NCBI RefSeq assembly: GCF_009914755.1
Contig: NC_060932.1
Strand: one strand, 5' to 3'
Origin: the human T2T-CHM13v2.0 reference genome, Homo sapiens
Length of the DNA stretch: 64,000 nucleotides
Position 1 is the stretch's first letter; each line of letters opens with the position of its first letter. The notes under the pieces are model-generated. The model saw nothing but the letters and a program-made list of their open reading frames with translations. It searched no databases and was not told the DNA's origin. Of this stretch, positions 15,641-28,704 are shown piece after piece. Made by a program: the position numbers and the translations under genes.

Positions 15641-17390
15641 GTGGTCAGTTGGGAAAGCAGAAATATTGGTCAAAGGGTGCAAGGTTTCATACAGACCAGT
15701 TTGGTCACCATACTTTGTAATAATGTATTGTATATTTCAAAGTTGTTAAAAGAGTAGATTTTTAAATGTTCTCACCACAAATAATAATAGGTAGGTGAGG
15801 TGATGGATATGTTAATTAGCTTATTTAATAACTCTACAGTGCATACATATGCCAAAACATCACACTGTGATGTATCACATTGTGGGGTATCACATTGTAC
15901 CTCATAAACATATACAGTCATTATTTGTCAATAAAATAAAAATGACGGATTTTCTACAAAGGTGCCAAGAGCACACAATAGGGAAAGGAAACTCTCTTAA
16001 ATAAATGGTGTTGAGAAAACTGGGTATCTACAAGCAGAATGAAATTGAACCTTTATCTCACATCATAAACAAAAAATCAACTCAAAATTGATTAAAGATT
16101 TAAATGTAAGACCTAAAACTATACAACTCTTAGAAGAAAATATAGAACAAAATCTCCATAAGGTTGGTCTGGACAATGACTTTTTGGCTAGGACCCCTTT
16201 TTGAAGCACCAAAAACAAAAATAGAGAAATAAAATTGTATCAAACTTAGAAGCTCTTACACAGAAGCTTTACTTAACAAAGTAAAGAGAGAACCTACAGA
16301 ATGGGAGAAAATATTTGCAAACCATACCTCTAATAAGGGTTAATATCAAAAATATATAAGAAACTAAACTCAATAGCAAGAAAATAAATAGCCCTATTAA
16401 AAATGGACAAAAGACTTAAATAGACATTTCTCAAAAGAAGACACGCAAATGGCCAGTATGTATATGAAGAATGATCAACATCACTAACCATCAGGGAAAT
16501 ATAAATTAGCACCACAATGAAATAGCTATCACCTTGCACCTGATAGGATGGCTATTATCAAAAAGACAAAAGATAACAAATATTGGCAAGGATGTAGAAA
16601 ACAGGAAACACTTGTACACTGTCAATGGGAGTGTAAATTAGCATGGTCATTATGAAAAACAGTATGAAATTTCCTCAAAAAATTAAACAGAGAAATACCA
16701 TATGACCCAGCACTCCCACTTCTGGATATAAATCCAAAAGAAATGAAATCAGTATCTCAAAAAGATAGCTGCATTCCCATGTTTATTGCAGAATTATTCA
16801 CAATACTGAAGATACGAAAAGCAACCTAAGTGTCTGTCAACCAATGAATGAATAAAGAAAATGTGGTATATACACACAATGGAATACTATACGGCCTTTA
16901 AAAGGAGGAAATACTGTCATTTTTGACAATATGGATGACCTGGAGGACATAATACCAGGTCAAATAAGCCTGGCACAGAAAAACAAATACTGTTTGATCT
17001 CACTTATGTCTTATGTGTGGAATCTAAAAAAGTTGATTTCATAGAAACAGAGACTAGAAAAGTGATTACCAGAGGCTGGGTGAGGGAGAGGTTTGAGGAA
17101 AGAGATGATAATCAAAGGGTACAAAATTTAAGTTAAATTGGAGGAATACATTTTAGTAATCTACTGCACTGCATGGTGACCACACAGTTAATAATAATGT
17201 ATTGTATATTCAAAATTGCTAATAGATTTTTAATGTTCACACCACAAAATAAAAAGATAAATTTGTAAGGTATCGATATGTTAATTAGCTTGATTTTATC
17301 TTCCTACAGTGTATACATATATCAGCACATATTTTTGTGCCCCATAAATGTATACAATTATTATATGTCAATTGAATTTTTTTGAAGTTT
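15640..17390 (+). mobile_element. Two tandem L1MA pieces: a 3' UTR fragment (15640-15945), then ORF2 end plus 3' UTR (15945-17390)
   Basis: The L1MA 3' UTR motif (aatgtattgtatattt...atgttaattagctt) occurs twice, with ORF2 C-terminal sequence between. Confidence 0.8.
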
Positions 17391-18062
17391 GAAAATCACA
17401 AGTATAGTAGGATGAAATAAAACATTTGGTGTTTATGTTTCAAAATATTTTTTAAAGATATTATGGACGAAAGAATTAGTGAACTTGAAAACAAAGCAAA
17501 TCCTAGGCAAAATAAGACTCTAAAAAAAGAGTAAATAAAAAGGAACAGAGCCTCAGGAAACTGTAGGATAACATCAACCAGCCAAATATACTGCTATTGG
17601 AGTCCCTGAAGAAGTGAGAGGGAAAAGGCTAAAAAATATTTTTTTAAATGACAAAACTTGTCCAAATCTGATGAAAACTATAATCTTGAAGATCTATGAA
17701 GCTCAACAAATTCCAAGCACAAAGAGCTTGAAGAAAACTATACAAAGACACATAATAACCAAATAAACCTATAAGTTTAATGTGATGTGTATGCACATGA
17801 TAGCAGCTTCTTAAAAATAGAATTTGACAAGCCAATTCTAAATTTATATGAACATGTAAAGGACCTGGAATAGACAAAACAAAATATATAAAAAGAACAA
17901 AGTTTGAGAATTTTCACTACCTAATTTCAAATCTTGCTCTAAAGCTACATGACTCAAGGTAGTATGGTTTTGATGTAAAGATAGGCAGACACATTACTAA
18001 AACACAATAAACAAACCAAAAATAGACTCATATATACATGGTCAATTAATTTTTGGCAAAAG

Positions 18063-18489
18063 TGCTGAAATGACTTGGATGTCCGTCCTCTCGAGATCTC
18101 ATGTTGAAATGTGATTCTTAGTGTTGGAGGTGGGGCCTTCCGGGAGGTAATTGGATCATGGGGGTACACCCCTCATGAAAGGTTTAGCACCATCCCCTTG
18201 ATGATAAATGAGTTTATGCTTAGGTATTCCATAGGAGATCTGTTTGTTTAAAATTCTGGGACCTCCTCCTTCTCTCCCTCTTGCTGCCACTCTTGCCATG
18301 TGATGTGCCTGCTCCCACTTTGCCCTCTGCCATGATTGTAAGCTTTCTGAGACCCCCCACCAGAAGCGAGCAGATGTTGGTGCCATGCTTGTATAGTCTG
18401 CAGAATTGTGAGCCAATTAAACCTCTTTTCTTTACAAACTACACAGCCTCAGGTATTTCTTTATAGCAATGCAAGAACAACCTAACACA
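18063..18489 (+). mobile_element. MSTB-like solo LTR
   Basis: atctcatgttgaaatgtgat...ttggaggtggggcc...ctttatagcaatgcaagaacaacctaacaca. Confidence 0.9.
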
Positions 18490-18754
18490 AATGCTAACTA
18501 ATGTTAACTAATGTTATTAAATGGCATAAGGATTTTTTTTTTCAACAAATGGCATTGGACCAACTGCATGTTTATTATTTTTAAAAAAGAAAGAAAAGAA
18601 CCTTAATGCTTAATTTATGTCAAAAACAAAAATTAATTCAAAATGGATCATAGGGCTAAATGTAAAATTTTAAACTATGAAACATCTAGGAGAAAACATG
18701 GAAGAAAACATTTGGTACCTTGGAGCAAATATTCATTAGTATTAAAAAAATACG

Positions 18755-19498
<744 letters not shown>

Positions 19499-19914
19499 TT
19501 AAAAATATATATGACAGAAAATTTGTATTCAGGATATATAAAGAAGTCTTAAAACTCAATAATAAAAGAGACAACTCAATTTTTAAAAAAGATTCAGACA
19601 CTTCGCCAAAGAGGTATATAAATGGCCAGTAAGCACTTGAAAGTTCTTAATTTTATTAGTCATCAAGAAAATGAAAATAGAAATCACAAGACACCATTTC
19701 ACACCTACTAGAATAGCTAAAATTAAAAGGGCTAAGGACAGTCCATTTTGGGGAGAGTGTGAAGAAATTCAATCTCTCATTTATGGCTGGTAGAATTATA
19801 AATGATGCAGCCACTTGGGATTTCTATCCTTTTCCTAAAATGCTAGATATATACTTACTGTATAACTGAACACTTCTACTCCTAAGTATTCACCCAAAAG
19901 AAATGAAAGCACAA

Positions 19915-20346
19915 GTAATAAAGAGTCTGATTCTGTTTTTGTTGTTCAGTACCGACAATGTTAAAGCCCAGCCCCTTCCCCTTTTGCCCATATCTGTGCA
20001 AGACAGTGAGAAAACATGGGCATCCCTTCCTTCCTTTGGTACTGGAGAGAGATTCAAACGATGCAAACTCAGCTCATGGGAACACTCACCTTGACTCCAC
20101 TCATTAACTACAATAAAACCAAGTCCTCCAGCCTGTGCAATATAGGGAGATCCCAACTCTACAAAAAAATTAAAAAATTAGCCAAGCATGGTGGTGGGCA
20201 TGTCTGTAGTCCCAGCTGTTTGGGAGGCTGAGGTGAAAGGATTGCTTGAGCCAGAGAGGTTAAGGCTGCAGTAAGCGGAGATTGCACTGCTGCACTCCAG
20301 CTTAGGCAACAGAGCAAGAGTCTCTCTCTCTCTCTCTCTCTCTCTG

Positions 20347-20391
<45 letters not shown>

Positions 20392-20578
20392 CCCCTAGGC
20401 CCTCCTTTGCTCAAACCATTCTGGACCAGCTTGGTTTCTTGCCTTTCTCTCCCAAGAAAGCCCCACTGTGTGAGAAATAAAGACTTTTATGCCTTCTTGA
20501 TATATGTGGCGTCATACTCCAAATATTCAAACCAATTATCCACATAGGGTTGATAAAGCCCTCCACAGGACAACCACA
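19915..20578 (+). mobile_element. ERVL-class LTR fragment (MER54/73/74-like), interrupted by an AluJ
   Basis: Interrupts contiguous L1 sequence and has an LTR-like 3' end (gagaaataaagac...tgtggcgtcat...caaccaca). Confidence 0.5.
20126..20386 (+). mobile_element. 5'-truncated AluJ with a (CT)n(CA)n tail
   Basis: ccagcctgtgcaatatag...ggattgcttgagcc...cagagcaagag, followed by (tc)n(ca)n. Confidence 0.88.
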
Positions 20579-21039
20579 AAAAACAAATATCCATAAAAAT
20601 ACATGTATGCAAATACTCACAGCAACTTTATTCATTAAAGTCCCGAACTGGAAATATTCCAAATGCCATCAATGGGTAAACAGATAAATGAATAATGGTA
20701 TATTTATATAATGGATTACTACTCTGTAAAACAAAACAAAACAAATTATTAATATCCCTAAAGTAGCTAGATCTTAAAAACACGATGGAAAGGAAAGCCA
20801 TGCACAAGAGTACATATTGCATGAGTCCCCTATTTATATGAAATCAGTGGTTTCCTGGGGTTGGGGAATAGAGTGGTAAGATTGATTGCAGTAGAGAACA
20901 AAGAAACTTTCTTGGAAGATGGAAACGTTTTGTATTCTGGTTTCATCAAGAGTGCTTGACCTTAAAATGAGTGAAATTGATTTGTATATAATTATACCTC
21001 AAATAAGTTGATTTTGTAAAAAATGATTTTCAGGTTTAT

Positions 21040-22390
21040 CATGTGACCCCTAGCTGTATCCCAAAAAGATGGAAGAAAACATTCCTTCCACATGAAAATA
21101 TACAGCATACAGAGAGCAGCAGAATCATGTGGCTATACCTTGCAGATGGGATGCTTAATGAGAACTGGAGTATTCAAGGGGGACATGACAAGTAGGAGCA
21201 CTTAATATTAGAAATAAGGTAGACCTGTTTAACTCAATACATAGCATAACCATCCTTTAATGAGAATGCCAAAATGAATCTCTGATGGTGGCTAATTGAT
21301 TGTGGGAGGCCCAGGAATGGAAAAAGCTAGTCATTCCCATAAGTATTACTCAATCTTATACAATAATAGCAGTTGAAACTTTTAAGTCTAGTAGAGTTCT
21401 CAATTGAGTTCATAAGTACAGAATCATAGCTTTTCTTCCAATTCCTTCTTGAATGACAGGGAAGACCAGTAACTTTGAGAAATAATCCTGCAATGGTATC
21501 TCCAGTGTCAGGGAATTTTGCTTTCCTCAGTTTGGAACTTTGCATTAACACTGAGGAAGAGACATTCTTAGAAATCTGGAAGATTATAGAACAACTTAAG
21601 AAAAGAACTCTTCTCAGTGGGCAGACTTTTAAACTCTAGCATTTAAATCTACCACAATAGTCTAGAATGAGTTTTTACATTCCATATTTGGTTGCCTTCC
21701 AGGATTTTCTACCAACCTAAGTTACATATATGACCATTTTATTTTTGCTTAGAAGATCAAACCCCTACACGAATTCCCATGACATGGATAGAAGTCTCCA
21801 GGACAGAGTAGAAGGTTAATGGAGGTCAGATAATAAATTTTTGACCTAAATCCATCTCATAGTAGGCCCAGTGGGATACAAATCCATTTTGAGATTATTT
21901 TTCCAGTTTCTAAGTGGAAAACTTATTCTGGATGCAAATCCAGAATAAATATCCCTAGCAACAGACACAATCCACATATTAGCTTTCTAACTCATGGATA
22001 TGGCCTATTGTGACAGAAATAGCTAATATAAATCTTTTTAAATATCCTATTCTTTCAAATTATAAATCAAAATCAATACCACATCCCACATGGTTGAATT
22101 TCATTTATTAGTGTCATCACTAAAGACTTGTAGACTGCAGAACTGCTGAGTCCTATCATTTGCCCAATTAATCTTCTTATTTGGCGTATGTGGAAATTGA
22201 CAAATCTTGGAGAACAGCAGTGAATTATAAATTTAATAAGATTGTGATTTCAATTGCAACTGCTCTTCAAGATGTGATCTCTTTATTGAAGCAAAATCAA
22301 TTAGTCTCTGGCACCTGCATATGCAACTTTTGCCATACTGAATGTTTTCCCTGTAGCCTAGTAAGTAGAAAATACAAAAGCAATATATTT
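21040..22390 (+). mobile_element. ERVL-type (HERV-L/HERV16-like) internal gag-pro-pol relic
   Basis: ORF 22181: DKSWRTAVNYKFNKIVISIATALQDVISLLKQ resembles ERVL [35 protein letters not shown]. Upstream catctcatagtaggcccagtggg resembles the protease HLTVGPVG motif. Confidence 0.75.
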
Positions 22391-22399
22391 CACTCAATA

Positions 22400-22800
22400 A
22401 GTACAGTAGCACATATATTGACAAAATCCAACATGCTTTCATGATAAACACACTCAATAAACTAGGAATAGAAGGAAACTTTCTCAACCTAACAAAATAA
22501 ATCTATGAAAAACACACAGCTAAAATCACAACGATGAAAAACTGAAAGCTTTCTATTGAAGATTAGAAACAAAACAAGGATGCTTGCCCCTGCCTCTTCT
22601 ATTCAAGATTGTCTTTGGTGGTCTAGCTGGCATGATTAGCAAGGAAATGAAATGAAAAGTACCTAGTTTGGAAAGCAAGATGTAAACATATCTCTATTTT
22701 CAGGTGACACAAATATAGAAAATTCTAAAGCATCCACAAAAAACTATCAGAGCTAGTAAACTACTTCAGCAAAGTTGCAGGATAAAACATTAACATACAG
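22400..22800 (+). mobile_element. Old L1 ORF2 RT-region fragment
   Basis: ttgacaaaatccaacatgc...ctcaataaactaggaatagaagg...ttcagcaaagttgcaggata. Confidence 0.8.
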
Positions 22801-22924
22801 ACTTTTTTGTCTGATATTAATGTAGCCATTCCAGCTTTCTTTTAGTCACAGTTTGCAAGGTACATATTTTATCCTTTTATTTTCAATATATTTGTGCATT
22901 TGAATCAATTTGTGTCTCTCATAA

Positions 22925-23277
<353 letters not shown>

Positions 23278-25304
23278 CAATTTCTGTCTTTTAAGAGAGT
23301 TTAATACACTTTCTTCAATATTCTTACTGATAAGGTAAAATTTACCTCTACCTTTTTGTTTTCTACATGTCATGTCTTTTTCTTTTTCTTTTCCTCCATT
23401 ACTGCCTTCTTTTGTGTTAATCAATATTTTTAATGTATTATTTTAATTCTTTTGTCAATTTTACTATATGTTTTTTGTTATTTTATTAGAGATGGTGCTG
23501 GGAATTAAAATTAGCATCTTAATTTATAACAACCTAGTGTAATTCAGATCAACACTAATTTAATTTCAGTAGTATACAAAGGCCTGCTCTATATGGCTCT
23601 ACTCCCTCCCTAGTTTTTGAGTTTTATTGTCATACAAATTACAGCATGATACACTGTATGCCCATCAACATAGATTTATAATTACTGCTTTATGCAGTAA
23701 TCTGTTAAATCAGAAATAGGAAAAAAATTATTACAAGCAGAAAATGCACTTATATTGTCTTTTATATATACTTACATATTACCTTTACCAGTGCTCTGAA
23801 TTTCTAAATACCAGTTTGATTTATTGTCTAGAACTCTTTCATTTTGGCCTAAAGGACTACCTTTAGTATTTCTTGTAGGACAGGTTTGCTAGCAATGGAT
23901 TCTCTCCTTTTTTGTTTAGCTCAGATGTCTTTATATCTCCATTGTTTCAGTATAATTTTGCTGAGTATAGAAACCACTGTTGAAAGCACTCTGATTATGT
24001 TATCCTATTGCCTCCTGGCTTCAGTGATTTCTGATGAGAAACTAGCTGTTAATCATATTGAAGATCTCTTATACGTAAGGAATCGTTTCTCTCTTGCTAC
24101 TTTCATGCTTTTTTGTCTTTGGTTTTCAACAGTTTGATTATGATGTGTTCTAGATGTGAATCTTGTTGAATTTATTCTACTTGGAGTGTGTTGACTTCAG
24201 ATGTGTCAAAGACTCACAGTCCTGAACATGCACACAATGCTACACATGTGCATCAATGTCAAGATTTCCAGATATATGTTACAGCTTTACAAAGTTCCTT
24301 ATAGACAAGCTCAGGAGTATGGATTGTTGTAGACTAATGTTTCTCATCAAATGTGGAAGTTTTCAGTCATTATTTCTTCAAATATTAATTTCTATCCATT
24401 TCTATCTCTCCTCTCCTTCTGGAATTCTCATCATATGTATGTTGGTACATTTGGTGGTGTTCCACAAGTCTCTGAGGTTCTGTATATTTTTCCTTATTCT
24501 TTTTTTCTTCTGATCCTCAGACTGGAAAACCTCAATTGACCTGTCATGTTCTCTATTTCTGATTTCAGCCTGCTCAAACCTGCTGTTGATCACCTCTACT
24601 AAATGTTTAATTTCAGCTATTGTCTTTATCTATAGCATTTCTAGTTTTATCTTTTCTATCTCTCTATTGATATTCTCTTTTTGGTGAGACATCATTCTTA
24701 ATTTCCATTAGTTCTTTAGATGTGGTTTCCTTTAATTCTTTAAGCATATTTAAAATGACTGATTTAAAGTCTTTGTCTAATAAATTCAACATCTGGGCTT
24801 CCTCATGGAACAGTTTTAATTGACTGTTTTTTCTAGTGTTTATTCACATGTCTCACATTTTTGTCGAAAACTGATACTTTTTAAAAACGGAAATGCAAAG
24901 TCAGGTTCTACTCCCTCTCCAAGGTTTGTTTTTATTACTGTTTGTTGTCAATTGTCTTTTTAGTGACTTTTCTGAACTGACTCTATAAAGCCTGTATTTT
25001 TTCTCACTTTTGACACCTGGAGCCTCTGCTCATTTAGCTTAGTGGTCAGCTAATGATTGTATAGAGAATTCTTTTAAATGTCTGGAACCAGTAAGTCTTT
25101 GCAAAGGAACCAGTAGAGGCTTTGTCAAGATACTCTATGTGTGTGTTGGGCATGCTTTCAACACTCAGCCAGGCAGTTTATAACTCTGCCTTAGCCTTCA
25201 CTTCTTGCTTGTGCAGGGTCTAGAAGTTATACAGAGCTGAAACTCAGGTCTTTCCTGAGCATACTCACAGTCCTGAACATGCACACAGCCCTACACATGT
25301 GCAT

Positions 25305-25745
25305 TGTTAAAGCCAACTCAATATGGCCTGAGAAGGACTCCGTACTTCTATATTTAAGACCGTGTGGATGAACTGCAACCTAAGTTAATAGGTAGACAGG
25401 ATTGAAAACCTAACTTAAGAGTATGCACCTGTAACAACAGCTGAGTCTTGGCCAGTCTCAGCAGCCCTACTTCAACTACTCATACACTGCTGTGTTCAAA
25501 TAAGGCAAAGGTGGAGCTGTAACCAGTCCAATTGTTTCTGTACCTCAGCTCCAATTTCAGTATGTCACTTCCCTTTTTTTGGTCTACAAATTTGTTCTGA
25601 CCATGAGGCATCCCTGGAGACTGTCTGAATCTGTTGTGATTCTGGGGGCTGCCTGATTTACGAATCATTCATTGCTCAACTAAACTCCTTTAAATTTAAT
25701 TCGGATGAAGTTGTTTTTTGTTTGTTTTTGTTTTTGTTTTTAACA
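25305..25745 (+). mobile_element. MER57 (A1/B1-like) ERV1 solo LTR
   Basis: tgttaaagc...atatggcctgagaaggactccgtacttctat...ttttaaca. 4-bp TSD gcat at 25301-25304 and 25746-25749. Confidence 0.9.
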
Positions 25746-26992
25746 GCATCAATGTCAAGATTTCCAGAAACATGTTAGAGCTTTTCAAAGTTCCTTACAG
25801 ACATTTTATTCCCCAGAATTTTCTCTTGAGCTCTTTTGTTAGCCTATTTGCCCCCCAGCTGTTATCTACCACCTTAGGCAGGCAAAATGTTAAACAATTG
25901 CCTCTCATTGTTTTGACAAATGCCCCTGGAGAAAAGGTTATCCACACTAAATGAGCTATGACTGCAAGCTGTTCTTTTTTAAGGCTTCTGCAGATCTGGG
26001 CAAGGAAATGGGAACAGGGCAAGTTAAAATGTCACATATTTCACTGTTTCTGCAGAGATTAGCCTATTTGTCTTAACTAAACTGCAGATTTCTCCAAGCT
26101 TTTTAAAATTTTCAAATTGCTGAAAAAGTTAATTTTGGCTTTTTTGTGAGTATTTTCATTGTGTTTATGAAGGAGAATATTTTTGGAGGTCTTTGCCATT
26201 TTCACTGAATCCTCTTTTCATTCTCCAATTTGATACATAATCTTTTTATTAATCTGTTTGAGCAAACTTTTTGCTCAGGTTTGGAATGTTGAGTTTTCCT
26301 TGGGGTCTCATTTAATTACTAAATATTATTAATCAATTTTTATTTATACCTATGCATATATACAGATTTGTACAAATAGCTACAAAAGGAGACACATTAT
26401 TTGCAAAATCCCGATAGTCATGGACACACACACAAATGCACCCCCTCCCCGTCACCAACCCAATAAAATTCCTACTGAACTCTAGCATTCACTAATTCTG
26501 TCCTTACATGCATGCCAACTGGCTTACTTATAGTTATGCAGGAGAGAAACAAGTAGGAGCTACAGTGTGACAGATGCAGCAATTTCTGCAAGAATAATGA
26601 TCCTACCCCCTCAGGTCACACCACCTTCAACCTTTATCAGAAACTTTTGCCTTGAACAGTTGAAGAGAAAAGAAACTGGAAATGCAATAAGGCTCTCTTC
26701 ATATCACCTTCCTTTTCACTTAGATAAGAAATAGAAGACAAAGATCTAGGACTTTAAGTCACCTGGAATAGCTTCTAATGTGATCTATGCATTTTCAGGT
26801 CACCCAACTTTTGATCTTCCCAATGTTGACTGCTCAACTTACAGACTTCACTGAAAACCTGGAAAAGTTTCCTTTGAACAGGTAGAAATTGCATTGCTAA
26901 TGTTGGGCCAATTTTAGTTATGCTAATTGCTAACGAGAAAAGGTGTTAAACATTAAAATATACAAGTTGCATCAAACCTACCTGTCAAATGT

Positions 26993-27305
<313 letters not shown>

Positions 27306-28704
27306 CAAATTTTTTTTTTTTCTTGAAGCAGAATGATGTTATTCTACAACAAAGAGTGGAAAGCTTCTATGTAGATTAGGCACATTTGGAGTTTTCTAGT
27401 AACAACTTTATAAGGCCCTTGCACTGGAGCCTATAAAACACACAAGTAAAGATCCTTGGCTCTGAAGGCAACCTGCCAGAATCTCAGTAGTATTCACTTT
27501 AAAAATAATAACTTTGTGGACTAAACAGTATTTATGCAACTGAAAACAACATATTGCCTTTAATAAAATGAAAGGTACACTAGGAAAGGCCAGCTGTAAA
27601 GAATATTCTTGAGTAGTAAGCACAGAAGTAAATTCAACATTCCTTTTCCTAATAGGAAAAAAAAAAGGAAATTTTTATCTGCCTTTTTTTTAAACCTAAG
27701 AAATTCATGAGAGAAATATATATGTGGCTTCTTCCTTCCTTTGAAGGAAATTTTTCCATGTTTTCAGTGAAGTCTATAAGTTGTACAATCAGCATTGGGA
27801 AGATCAAAAAGATAATGCTCAGAGCACACCTTAAAACAAAACATAAAGGAGACTTATAGTACAGGGAAGGAAGTAAAATATTTAAGGGCTGTTGGGGGGT
27901 ACGAAAGTCTAATTCACTAGGTACAGGTTTGCTGTCACCAACCCTTATCTTCTAACTGAAGTTTTGTACTTTCAATATCTATAGCTTATCACAGGACCCA
28001 TCTTAAAAGCTTGAGAAATCATGCTTTAAAAATATATTTCTCACTTGTGTTGTACCCAATCCCAGACAGAGTTGTGGAAATCAGCACATACCATTTGCCC
28101 ATTAAACATCTCCTTCTTTCTTGTGTCTGAAAATCTTCATATTGTTTTTCTGTAGAAATAATTTACATTTAAAACGTAACACAGGGCTGTGAAATGTAGT
28201 CATGGAAACCATGACAGTAGGGATAAAAGAGAGATTTGAGGAGTTAGTGAGTGTTTTTGATTTTTCAAATACAATAGTTCCCTTAAGCAAAGTCAGTTGT
28301 GCCATATGGTGAACTGTGTGTGGTAATTTTCTAAGCTTGCAAATAGAATTCTGCAAAATGTGATCAACTGCTAAGTCAATGCAATCCAAGTGAGCTCAAA
28401 TTCTGCTCTTGCTCACTATTCCTAGGGATATACTGCAAACAAACAAACACTTAGTATTTAATTTTAAGAACCCCAAAACAAAGATTTATGTGATAGGATA
28501 GAAATTCACCAAAATCATTTAACTTTAAAGAACGGAGAAACAGTCGGTTTCAGAAGGCCACAGACTTTGTTGCACACTCATTGTCTATGTGAATCTCTAA
28601 ATTAGCCTGAGATTCAGTTCCTGCCCTCGCTCCATCACCCCAAACCCATAATATTGCCATTATTGTCTTCTTGAGGCAAACATTTTCTGTGTCATAAATC
28701 TTTA

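Noticed and set aside
25085-25112. Short direct repeat ggaaccagta x2 around the ctttgcaaag palindrome
   Set aside because: Only 10 bp. A plausible micro-duplication but too short to distinguish from ordinary slippage.
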